NCBI GenBank assembly: GCA_013239625.1
Contig: MU053588.1
Coordinates: forward strand, 3,996,799 to 4,060,798
DNA length: 64,000 nt
Origin: Lama guanicoe
Taxonomy: Eukaryota
Reading direction: 5' to 3'
The first letter of the stretch is position 1. Each line of letters starts with the position of its first letter. The notes below the pieces were generated by a model. The model saw only the letters and a program-made list of their open reading frames with translations. It did no database searches and had not been told where the DNA came from. Both the position numbers and the translations under genes were made by a program. Shown here one piece after another: positions 1 through 11,700 of this stretch.

Positions 1-1397
1 TTTTAATGGATACCCCGCAGTCCCATTGAATCGATGTACCTTTTCATTTTTAACTACTTCCCACCTGTAGACATTTAGGTGGCTTAAGAATTTGATGGTT
101 TTAAGCAATACTGAGTGATTGCTTTCCTGCATAAAACCTTTGCCCCTAAAAGCAGCTCTGAAAGCAATCTGCCAATTTTTTGTCCTCATGGGCTGTGAGC
201 TCAGCATAGACAGAGTACATTCGGTATGTGTCATGTTGGCTGTGTTCTAGGTAGAATATCTGAATATGAGCTCCAACTGCTGCATCACACAAACACGTTT
301 TATTCATTAGGCACTTATACTGTGCCACTTACTCTTCCAAATGCTGTAGATATTCCCTCATTTAATCCTTGAAAGAAGTCTGTTATGTAAGGACCACTCT
401 ACAGAGAGAAAACTCAGGCACGCAGGCACACTTGTCCAAGGTCACACAGCTAGTAAGGGTTAGGGCCGCCCAGACCTTTGGGAATCGTGCCGAGGCATGC
501 TGGTCCCAGAGTGGGACACTGAATGCTCCAATTAGGTGTATTGTGTGCAAGATGGGAACCCTCGTCTCCAGGAAGACCCCAGAACCAGGGAGGGATCTGC
601 AACCTGTGGAACTCAGAGAATAGAAATGTTGTCACGAAAGCCCTTTATGGGGCAAGAAGTCCTTTAAGAAGGAAAATCTGACTTCCAACCTCATGAGTAG
701 TTTATATGGACCAATTCAAGGCAGCCAGTCAGCTTCCAAGTTTGAAATGCCCTCAACCCCTTAAATTTTGCCGCAAACCGTGGATCGAGTAGATTGATTT
801 GAGAGCCTTGCCTCCTGCATCCTTGTCAGTGGACTTTACAATAAAGCTTTTTCACAAAAAAAAAAAGAGAGAGAGAGATGTGGTGTGTGCCTTGAAGATA
901 CATAGGACGAACTACATAGCTCTCCCACACAGGTTCCTAAAAACATGTTAGTTTGGCAGACACTAATGAAAAGGGCTAGCTTTTCTGTTACAGGAGGGTT
1001 TGTGTGTCTAAGAGGAAGAAGGCAGGTGCTATCAAATATGTCTGGATTAAATCGCTCAACTCTTCTGGGGACAAATAGCAATATTCACAAAAAAGTAAAA
1101 TGCATGTAGCCCAGGATACATGTTTAGGGTTTCAGAGGGTTACTTGTAAGTAGACTCAATGAGGTTACAAAATATATACAAAGACTGTTATCACTGCTGC
1201 ATTTGGGATGTGGCTGAGGAAAATCAGCGTGTGGCATTGGCAGGAGAGAAAGAGAAGGGTCAGGGAGTCTACAGATTGACTTATGTGCCTCAGAATCTGG
1301 ACTCACTTCTCACCCATCCTCACCACCACATCAGTGCTGTCTGTTTTCAAGTGGCCATTGATTGTAACATTGAGGTTGCGTGTGTTTGGTGTTGTAG

Positions 1398-1550
<153 letters not shown>

Positions 1551-1658
1551 TAAATGTCAGCTCCCTGGTCTGGCCTGGCTTTGTGTCCTCAGGTGTTGAC
1601 AGGGTCTTGAAATGGTCCCCTTGCGTTGGTGGACCTGACTTTTATGCCAACGATTTTT

Positions 1659-2357
1659 CTTTATTGTACATCTTTTTTATTTTATTTTTTATTGACGTAT
1701 AGTCAGTTTACAGTGTTTCATCAATTTCTGGTGTACAACATAATGTTTTAGTCATACATATATATATATTCATTTTCATATTCTTTTTGATTACATATAC
1801 ATGTGATCATTTTCATATTCTTTTTCATTATAGATTACTACAAGATATTGAATATAGTTCTCTGTCCTATACAGTATAAACTTGTTGTCTATTTTATATA
1901 TGGTAGTTAGTATCTGCAAATCTCGAACTCCCAATTTATCCCTTCCCACCCCCTGCCCCCACTGGTAACCATAAGTGTGTTTTCTGTGTCTGTGAGTCTG
2001 TTTCTGTTTTGTAAATAAGTTCATTTGTGTCTTTTTTTTTAGATTCCACATATAAATGATATCTTATGGTATTTTTCTTTTTCTTTCTGTCTTATTTCAC
2101 TTAGAATGACCATCTCCAGGTCCATCTATGTTGCAGCAAATGGCATTAATTTATTCTTTTTTATGTCTGAGTAATACTCCATTGTGTATATATACCACAA
2201 CTTCAGCTTCTTCATCCAGTCATCTGTCAGTGGCATTTAGGTTGCTTCCATGTCTTGGCTATTGTATATAGTGCTGCTGTGAACACTGGGGTGCATGTGT
2301 CTTTTTGAATTTGAGTTCTCTCTGGATATATGCCCTGGAGTGGGATTGCAGATCATA
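1659..2357 (-). mobile_element. 5'-truncated L1 3' end (artiodactyl/camelid type)
   Basis: T-rich tail then the L1 3' UTR motif (tatagtcagtttaca...ctggtgtaca); imperfect TSD ttatgccaRcRattttt at 1642 and 2358. Confidence 0.8.
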
Positions 2358-2712
2358 TTATGCCAGCAATTTTTAAGGAAATAAAATAAGATAGAAAAAT
2401 ATCAGAACTTGTAAGGAAGAATGGAATCCATTGCAGCAAAAACTCTGGCCAATTAAGTGAATGATATAAGAACCAAGGGGAGGGGAGTTAATGAAAATAG
2501 ACATTAGTGAGAAACAGATTTTTGTAATACTTATGCATATGTGTCTACGTCTTGAAATGTCAGTGTTTCTTCAAATAGATCATGTTTTGAAAAACACTTT
2601 GAAAAACATCAGTTTTGATTAATTGATCAACATTAAATTCAGGAATCTAAATTTCCAGTTAATTGTACCTTTGGTGTATTCATTTTAAATAAGTAACTTT
2701 TCATGTTCACAG

Positions 2713-2805
2713 GGTGTCACCCCTTCAAACATGATATATTCCACTTAGAAAAGGCAGATGGACTTTGGTGGGTAAAGACAGCAGCCCAAAGAGAAAGGAA
2801 GTCAG
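2713..2805 (+). CDS. ZNF234: KRAB-b exon of ZNF234-like gene
   Basis: 93-nt phase-1 exon, cacag|GG...TCAG|gtaag; (G)CHPFKHDIFHLEKADGLWWVKTAAQRERKS, in frame with both flanking exons. Confidence 0.9.
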
Positions 2806-3568
2806 GTAAGAACCGGGCGGATGGGAGTCCTTGTGGACGCTCTCCCACGTGTCTGACTTCTCTCCAGCCATTTTGCTCTCATCTGCTCCATGTGCACACC
2901 TCTTTGCTGAATTCTTTCAGTCACCTTCGTACTGGTTGCCCCTCTGCCACTCCTCCCCTCTTATAGTCTGTTCTCCGTGTAGCAGCCAAAGTGATCCTTA
3001 GGAAATGTAAGTCAGGTTATAATTCCTCTATTAAACCCTTCATGGCTTCTTATTTTTCTTAAAGTTAAAACCTCTTAAAGTGGCTCCTGGAGTCCTCCAG
3101 ACTCTGCTCTTGGTCGTCCCTCCCCCCACCCCACCAAGGCTTCTTGATGCATCTCCCCTTCTGTCCCTCTTCCTCCATCTCTTGCAGCCACACTGGCCTC
3201 CCCGCTGTCCTCACACCTGCCAGGGATGCCGTGTCACCCGTGGCTGCCCTGACAAACTACCACAGACCTCACGGCTTAGCACAGCACATGTTGATTGCCT
3301 CACGGTTCTAGCGGTCAGAGGTGTGGTATGGTTCTTACTGGGCTGAAGTCAACTGAGGGGTTTTATGGGATGCTACATGGATAGTGGCCAACTAGACCTC
3401 TTGGTTTCCATTGTCAGGCAAACCAGAACACACGGTACACAATGGAAGAGACAAACTGAACATTCTCTGGACTCATTCTAGTCTCACACTCTCTCCTGAA
3501 TGTGAAATCTTGAAAACCCTGAACAGAGCCTTCAGTTGTTCACGTCTCTGAATTTTGTGTCTTTACAG

Positions 3569-5436
3569 AAGGAAAGATCCCAAGTGAGATGGAGGCTGTT
3601 CCAGAAGCAGGACCACATGGAGAGCGTCCCTGCTGGCAGATGTGGCATCAGATTGCCAGTGACTTAAGCAGGTATCAAGACTTCATGATAAAAAGTTCTG
3701 AGTTCCCTAGGCAAGATGACTCACCTGGCCAGGGTGGGGCAGGACTGGCTTTAACTCACACAGGCCAGAAACTTTATCCATGTAATGAGTGTAAGAAACC
3801 TTTCAGCGATGTCTCCCACTTTGATCTTCACCAACAAATGCACTCAGGAGAGAAGTCTCATACGTGTAGTGTGTGTGGAAAAAGCTTCTGTTACAGCTCA
3901 GCACTTCGTATTCATCAGCGAGTCCACTTGGGAGAGAAACGCTATAAATGTGATGAGTGTGGGAAGGAATTCAGTCAGAGCGCACAGCTGCAAACTCATC
4001 AGAAAGTCCACACCGTCGAGAAGCCATTCAAATGTGAGCAGTGTGGGAAAGGCTTCAGCCGTCGGTCCACACTTACTGTTCACTGTAAATTACACACAGG
4101 AGAGAAGCCTTACAATTGTGACGAATGTGGAAGGGCCTTCATTCATGCTTCGCACCTGCAGGAACATCAGAGAATCCACACTGGGGAGAAACCGTTCAAA
4201 TGTGATATATGCGGTAAGAACTTCCGCCGTAGATCAGCACTTAACAGTCACTGTATGGTCCACACTGGGGAGAAACCGTACAAATGTGAGGAGTGCGGGA
4301 AATGTTTCACTTGTAGCTCCAATCTTCATATCCACCAGAGAGTCCACACGGGAGAGAAACCTTACAAGTGTGAAGAATGCGGTAAGTGCTTCATTCAGCC
4401 TTCACAATTTCAGGCTCATCGGAGAATCCACACTGGAGAGAAGCCATATGTATGTCAAGTGTGTGGTAAAGGCTTCATTTACAGTTCAAGTTTTCAAGCC
4501 CATCAGGGAGTCCACACAGGAGAGAAACCATACAAATGTGGTGAGTGTGGGAAGAGCTTCAGGAGAAACTCCCATTATCAGGTTCACCTGGTCGTCCACA
4601 CAGGGGAGAAACCCTACAAATGTGAGGTGTGTGGGAAGGGCTTCCGTCAGAGTTCGTATCTCAAAATCCATCAGAAGGCCCACAGCGTAGAGAAACCTTT
4701 TAAGTGTGAGGAATGCGGGCAGGGCTTCAATCAGAGTTCCCGACTCCAGATTCACCAGCTGACGCACACCGGTGAGAAACCATACAAATGTGAAGAGTGC
4801 GGGAAGGGATTCAGTCGTAGAGCAGATCTTAAAATTCACTGCAGAATCCACACAGGAGAGAAACCGTATAATTGTGAGGAGTGTGGGAAGGTTTTCAGTC
4901 AGGCCTCTCATCTCCTGACCCATCAGCGGGTCCATAGCGGAGAAAAACCATTCAGATGTGAGGAGTGTGGGAAAAGCTTCAGCCGCAGCTCACACCTTCA
5001 AGCCCATCAGAAAGTCCACACTGGAGAAAAGCCGTACAAATGTGAGGAGTGTGGGAAGGGCTTCAAGTGGAGCTTGAATCTTGACATGCACCAGAGGGTC
5101 CACACGGGAGAGAAACCCTACAAGTGTGGGGAGTGTGGGAAGCACTTCAGTCAGGCCTCGAGTCTTCAGCTTCACCAGAGCGTCCACACTGGGGAGAAGC
5201 CGTACAGATGTGACGTGTGTGGGAAGGTCTTCAGTCGGTCTTCACAGCTTCAGTATCACAGGCGCGTTCACACAGGGGAGAAGCCTTACAAGTGTGAGGC
5301 ATGTGGTAAGAGCTTCAGCTGGCGCTCCAATCTTGTGAGTCATCACAAAATTCACACAGGCGATGCATTTTATGAAAGTGATGAGAGTGGTCAGAACCTC
5401 AAGGAACTATCAGAGGAAGGAAGTCCTACAGAATGA
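3569..5436 (+). CDS. ZNF234: Terminal exon of ZNF234-like gene: short spacer plus 19 C2H2 zinc fingers
   Basis: Acceptor ttacag at 3563-3568, in frame with ORF 3589..5436. 19 CxxC...HxxxH units with TGEKPY linkers. Helices such as [18 protein letters not shown] and SWRSNLVSH match ZNF234 as recalled; position just upstream of ZNF226 fits synteny. Confidence 0.92.
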
Positions 5437-7110
5437 TGCTTTCAGAACCCTCATGTGCCGCCTGAATTCTCGTCATCATTAGGTCTCAGAGGAGAGAAAA
5501 TATTGGAGGTTAGTTGGTGTGGAAGCAGTCGCTGAACAGATCCCAGTTCTCTCTAGACGGCACAGCAGAGAGCCCTTCTAACTGGTGCAGTGGCAGCTGC
5601 TGTCAGAACTGTGACATGTCACTTTGGAGATAGGACTTAGAAGGGAAAAGAGTTTGGTCTGGCCTTTAGCAAAAGCATAGGGACAGGCTCGTCAGAATCT
5701 CTGTCCTTAGAATGTGAGCTCCAGGAGGGCAGGGACCTGCCTGCTCAATCTCCCCCATCTTAACACTGACTAGCGCTTGCAGGTGTGCTCAGTGCTTGGC
5801 CGTTAAGTAATCCAAACGGTGAAAAGGTTCAACATATGAAAATTATATCCAGAGGAGGAAACCCGCAAAATAAGATTAATTCAGGAAAGGAATATTTGTT
5901 GAGATGCAGGAAACCACTCTGTATGACAGTCCATGAAATTAACGTGGTGTTAGTCAGTTGCAGTTGGCGTCTTTCCTCCCACAGCGTCTGTTCTACAGGT
6001 CAGGGGATTATTTGGGGCCCTGTCTGGTTTTCCAAGGATTGTGTCTAGTATAAACTGAACTATCTCATGATTTTTTTTCCCTAACAATGCAGACTGAAAA
6101 ATTGTGGTTAACTCTACAACAGCAGGTTAAATGCATATTATACAATTGATTTTTGTCTATCAGTGTTAAGGCAGGGCTTACTGTAACACTTCGAAAGCAT
6201 CGCAGGTGGTTACCAATGACAAGCATGTTCTTAGTCGATCTGGAGATTTTTATGGATTTCTAATTGTCTGTGTTTTCAGCCAGAAATGTTTGCCTTCTAA
6301 TTATGGTAGCATTTCTTCTTTAAGAACTTCTCAGGGGTCTTTGCCATAGTCTTCCCCCACATCCATGGGGCAAATCACCAGAAAACTTGCAGGAATTTGA
6401 TCAAATTATCAAATGCATTATTGAGGTGAGACTGGCATTTATATGCTTTCCCTATTGGTAGCAGGAAAGCATGGTTTGGGGAAAGGAGAACATATCAGAA
6501 TATAGATTGTACATCTCTTGCATCTGGAAATCATATCATTGGATGCTATGGTTATGAAATTAAAATACCAAAAAATTGAGCACCACATCAATGATGTCAC
6601 TGAATTTTTTAATTGAAATAAATGTACATCTGTAGAAATTCGAGTTTTGCTATATTCCTGTGTGAATCTGAAGCCATTAAAATTATGGCAGATACCTGTA
6701 ATGGCAGAAAAAATACATAATACGGACTTTGAGAGACCACAGATTGTAGTCTTCTTGATATAATCAACCATAAATCTTTGTGTGTGTGTGCGTGCGCACA
6801 TGTACGTGTACGTGCATAAAGTAATTTGTAAAAGATACTCTACCATAGTGGGTTTCCTTGGCAAGGAACATTTTACAGGTTTTTTTCCATTTTTTAATTT
6901 CAGGTTATGTTTTCATTTTTCATTGAATATTGAATATTACCAGAGCAGTAAATTATTACAACAGAATTTGAAGAAGTACTACATAATTTTTTTTAATTTT
7001 AAGTACTGAATAATTATCCCTTGCAGTTAAGACCTCATAATATGATTGTTCTATATTGTCATTTAAGTTGTAAGGTCAAAATTAAGGTATGGACTCTGGA
7101 AGGCAATTTC

Positions 7111-7278
7111 TTCTTTTTTTTCCTCTTTTTGTTTTGGTTTTTTTGGGGGGGAGGTTGGGGTTTGCTTTTGGGGGAGCAATTAGGTATTTATTTATCTATA
7201 ATGGAGATACTGGGGATTGAACTCAGGACCTCAGGCATGCTAAGCATGCACTCTACCACTGAGCCAAACCCTTCCCCG
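7111..7278 (-). mobile_element. tRNA-derived SINE (Vic-1-like)
   Basis: Reverse A/B boxes (ggggattgaac...ctctaccactgagc), T-rich tail, TSD tggRaggcaatttc. Confidence 0.85.
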
Positions 7279-7357
7279 TGGGAGGCAATTTCAAAAGGAA
7301 AAAATTCTCAGATTCTTTTCCATACACATTTAAGTTGATGAGTTTCAACAATTGAAT

Positions 7358-7751
7358 CTTTTTTCAAACTTTTTTTTTATTGAAGTACAGTTGATTTACA
7401 ATGTATTCGTTTCTGGTGTACAGCATAGTGATTCAGTTATACATACATATTCTTTTTCATATTCTTTTTTTATTGAAGTATAGTCAGTTTACAATGTGGC
7501 AATTTCTGGTGTACAGCATAATGTTTCAGTCATACATATATATACATGTATTCCTTTTCATACTCTTTCATTTCAGGTTACTAAAAGCTGTTAAATATAG
7601 TTCCCTGTGCTCTACAGTAGGACCTTGTTGTTTATCTACTTGTACATAATAGTTTGTATCTGCCGATCCAAAACTCTCAATTTATCCCTCCCTCCCCTCT
7701 CTCCCTCCTGGTAACCTTATGTTTGTTTTCTATGTCTGTGAGTCTCTTTCT
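7358..7751 (-). mobile_element. L1 3' end with a second L1 tail nested inside (about 7465-7570)
   Basis: 16-bp TSD gtttcaacaattgaat at 7342 and 7752; the tail motif occurs twice. Confidence 0.8.
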
Positions 7752-8056
7752 GTTTCAACAATTGAATGTTTGTAAGTTATGCTACACTTTAATTATAAAT
7801 CCGTAACAGGGAGAGGGCAAATCCTGGAGCTAGAAACAAAATGGATGTACATATATTCTGGAGGTTTTTTTTTTTTAAAGGTTTCCTGTGAAAGGATGTA
7901 CATGAGGAGAGAACACAGCATAATAGTGGAGGATGCTCTGGATGTGGAGCCAGTAAGGACAAAGGACAAAGCCGGTTTGGTTGTCATTCCATACTCAGAC
8001 ACAGTGGTGATACTTTCAGTGTAATTGGTTAAAGGGCTTTACTCATCACCAAGTTG

Positions 8057-8225
8057 CAGCTGACCCCTGAACAATATGGGTTTGAACTGGGCAGGTCCAC
8101 TGATAGACACAAAATTTTAAAATAGTCAGTACTGCAGTGCTACACAGTTTGCAGTTGATTGAACCCGTGGAAGCAGGACTGCAGATACAGAGGAACCACA
8201 GATACAGAGGTCTGACCATAAGTTA
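8057..8225. mobile_element. Tigger-family (Tc1/mariner) DNA transposon fragment
   Basis: cagctgacccctgaacaatatgggtttgaactg resembles the Tigger2-type terminal repeat. Confidence 0.6.
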
Positions 8226-8607
8226 TTTATATATATAGAGAGAGAGAGAGCATGAGTGCACGTGCTAGGTGTTTACAGAAGTAGATACAGAAGTGTGTGG
8301 GTGTACAAACATGTGTATGTGGTGTAAGTAAGCATATATATCCACATACCTATTTCAGGGCTAGAGCAGGAAAAGCACAAAATAATCATGGAAAAATTTT
8401 GCTGTGCAAGAAAGTAGGAAAGAGCAATGGTACATATAAAAAGATCCAGCTCAAAAGGATTCACACTGGGGAAATCTGAGCAATTTGACCATAAGCAGAA
8501 ATAATTAGCAAAATAAAATATGAATTAAAAAGGAGAGAGGGAAAGAAGGAAGGAAAGAAGCGAGGAAGGAAGGGCTCTTGTAGTAGAATGCCCAGCCATA
8601 AGTATAG

Positions 8608-9118
8608 TGTTGCAGGAAAATGTGCTATACAGCTCAGTGTTACAGCTCGGTTTTACAGCTCAGTTGTGACACCTGGATCCTGGCCAGAGAGCACTTGGAG
8701 AGTTGGAGAACTCGGGTTTATTATGTCAGCCGGCCCAGAGGAATTAACACTCCAAGCTCTGGACCCGGTCTGTAGGTTTACACAGGCTTTTATAGGCTGC
8801 CAGTTTACACTTTGCAACATCATATGCAAGTAAGGTATAACAAAAGTTGACTAATTAGGAACAAGCTTTGTAGAAATGGACCAAGCAGGAGGGAGAGAAA
8901 TAACCAATCAAGAGTGAGGGAAACAGACCAAACACGAGTGAAGGAAATAACCAATCAGAAGTGAGCTCAGGGAACCAACAGAATTTTAAGGGTAAGTAAG
9001 CTGTTTCAGAGGCAAAAAGTGAGATAGAGCTTCCCAGTCAGGGAACCAGATGGTGCTGCAGGAGCTTAGTGGCCCTGCGTGGGGGTCCTGCTGACCTTTT
9101 TATGGGCTTCCCACCTTA
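8608..9118 (-). mobile_element. Solo ERV LTR (class I-like)
   Basis: 4-bp TSD ATAG (8604-8607, 9119-9122); minus-strand TATA-like and AATAAA signals; repeated ataaccaatca boxes. Confidence 0.72.
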
Positions 9119-11379
9119 ATAGAAGGAATTATATAATTTAAAAATCATTTACAACTATCATAGTAATAATTGATTCTAGCAAGAATAATCAATGAATTCT
9201 AAAACTGTTGGTTAAAAGTTAATAAGTAGGAGGAGGATGCTACAAAGCCCAAAGTGCCTCTCCACAAAGTAGTAGTAATTTCAAAAGGAAATAAAGTAGG
9301 TGTATCACGGAGAAATTTGGTGAACACGACCTTAGCCAAGATGTTCACATTATCAATAATAGAACAAGTCAACATTTTTAGACCTCCTGATATGTGCTGA
9401 GAATCTCAAGACACATTGTTGCTTCAGTATTAGTCCTGCTGAAAATATGCAACCAAATATAATATCAAGGAAAACCCAAATTAAGAGACAGTCTACTTCA
9501 TACTGATGACTGCTGGGAGCATAATTGACCAAAGGTCCCAGCTTCTGTGCTCAAATCCATCACCACATTTGCACGGAGACCCACAACTGCTCCTGGTGGA
9601 CTCAGCAGGAATCCTAATGTAGGTGCATTTTTGGAGGCCAAGACTCTTCCGTCCAATGACTTTTTTTTTTTTTTAAGAACAGCCTGGAGGAATTTTACTT
9701 AGATTACAAAGCAGTCTAGGGTGATTCACCAAATCTTTCTTCCAAATCTCCTTCACTCAAAGTCAGACTTACACCATGATCTGATGGTTCTGCCAACCTC
9801 CCAGAGCTCCCTGCCATTTTCTCTCAGATGTGTCCCCTAATAAAACATTTGTTCATTAAAGTCTTTCTTAGCATCTTGCAGTCTACTTCTTGGAGGACTA
9901 GGACAAAATACCCCTTTTTGGCTCATTCTAGTAATGTCACTTTCCATATGGTAATCACTAACTTGTAATGGCATAGGTTCATTTAGCCTGTTTTGTATTT
10001 TATATAAATGGAATTATATAATATGTACTATTTTGTGTCTAGCTTCATTTGCTCAACATTATGTCCATGATGTGCATCCATGTTGTTAGGAGTGTATAAC
10101 TGATTCACTTTCATTGGTGGATATTATTGCAGTGGGTAAACATACCAAAATCTATTTATTCATTCCGTTAGTGATGGATATTGGCTAATCTTTCCATTCA
10201 CAGTTAGTGCTGATGTGAACAATCTAGAACATGTCTTGTGCCTAATGTATGATACACTTTATTTGAGGGATCTTTCTATGGTTGGAACCAGTTATAAGGT
10301 GTATGTTCAACTTCAGTAGATATGGTTGACCCTTGAAGAACACACAGGGTTTAGGGGAAGGAAGGAAGAGAATGAAAGAAGAGAGAAAGAAAAGGAAAGG
10401 GAGGGAAAGGAAATTGTTGATAGGTGAATTATTTTTTCTAAAAATATATCTCATCTAAATTTACATATACATTTTTATAAAGTTGTTCACCACATCCTCC
10501 TATATTTAATGATGGTCGCTTATAAAATTTCTGACTTTGGCAGTTTTTCATATCTGTCTTTTTTCTTGGTCATTCTCACCACACTTTTTATCAGTTCTAT
10601 TGTTTATACATAGGATGATCTTTTGATGTGTGTGAGTGTGTGTGTGTAGGACCTACTTCATTTTGTTTGTTTTGTATTTCACGAATCTGCTGTTATTTTC
10701 TACCATCTGCCTTCTTTGGCTTATTAACTTCCTGAAATGGATGTTTTCTGAATCAATTTTCAGCTTCCTTTCTATTTTAATACATGCATTTAAGGCTCAA
10801 CATTTTCCTCTATGTATGTGTTAAAATCTCCAGAACCAATTATGAATTTGAATCTTTCTTTTAACGGCTGTCAATTTTCCCTTTATAAAGTATGAACTGA
10901 AATTATTAGTTTCTAGTAACTTGAAACTTTTATCACTATGAACTGTCCCTCCGTCTGTCAAGTAGTATTTTTTTTTCCCCTTAAAGTTCACTTGGACAAA
11001 TATCAGCATCACAAATATTATAATTACAGAAATAACTTGAGACTTAGGATGATGGTATCTTTCTTTTCTAGAAACGATTTTCACTTGCTTCTGCAAGGGT
11101 TGGAAAATGCTAACAAAACACGTTCACCTTTCCGCAGTTTCAGGGATTGAGGTGTTTTGGCGTTTGACTTCAGTTCCTGCCGAAGAAAGCCCAGTTTCCT
11201 CCTGCTCTTTTTCCAACGGTGAAACTCTTTGGCGTTTAGAAAGAGGCCTCTGCGGTAGGCAATGCATTTATGTCGTTTAGCACCTTTGAACGTGTCCAAA
11301 ATGCTACTGAGCTTGTAAGCCTTAAAATAAACAGAATCTACACTCTTCTAAGGCCGACACGCGAACAAGATTTTTGCCC

Positions 11380-11700
11380 CACACCTTCTCCGGGATTCCG
11401 GGAAGTGAAAACCAGGAGCGTAGGGCACTTCCGCGTCACCCGGCGAGGCTTCGCCCGTTAGTGCAGTCCAGGAAGGCAGTACTGTAGCCAGGGCACACAC
11501 GCTCCCCTTGCATTCTGGGACATGTAGTCCAGAGCTCTGTGTCGTCCCACATACCGCCGCTACAATGAGGCCACTGTAGCCGGTTTCCCCGTGGAATTCT
11601 GGGAAATGTAGTTCAGGTGCTTCGGGTAGCGGCAGGCACTTCCGCCCCAAGAGGACAGCGTAGCAGCCATCTTTTCCCTGATTAGGGTGATTCACGTCAG
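11380..11700 (+). promoter_or_regulatory. CpG-rich promoter and first exon of ZNF226
   Basis: ZNF143/THAP11-type sites (reverse of ACTACAnnTCCCAGAA) at 11513-11530 and 11597-11614; ETS/GABPA-type CACTTCCGC at 11426 and 11637; YY1-like GCCATCTT at 11666; CpG-dense. Confidence 0.82.

Noticed and set aside
3785..5338. Long alternative-frame and antisense ORFs over the finger exons (also at 20.1-22.2 kb and 43.6-45.8 kb)
   Set aside because: Expected shadows of the 84-bp finger codon pattern, with no independent promoter or splice evidence. The identical 65-aa antisense ORFs only reflect the conversion tract.
3569..5436. 84-bp periodic repeats that could be mistaken for a CRISPR-like array
   Set aside because: They are coding C2H2 finger repeats in a spliced mammalian gene; no cas genes or unique spacers.
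6280..6780. Exon-like segment (ttttcag...gag|gtgag) and nearby unexplained ORF-like sequence
   Set aside because: Stops in the frames examined and no recognisable protein; the splice-like motifs could be chance.
8455..8480. attcacactggggaaa, resembling an HTGE linker
   Set aside because: Isolated, with no Cys/His pattern, and inside an old repeat.
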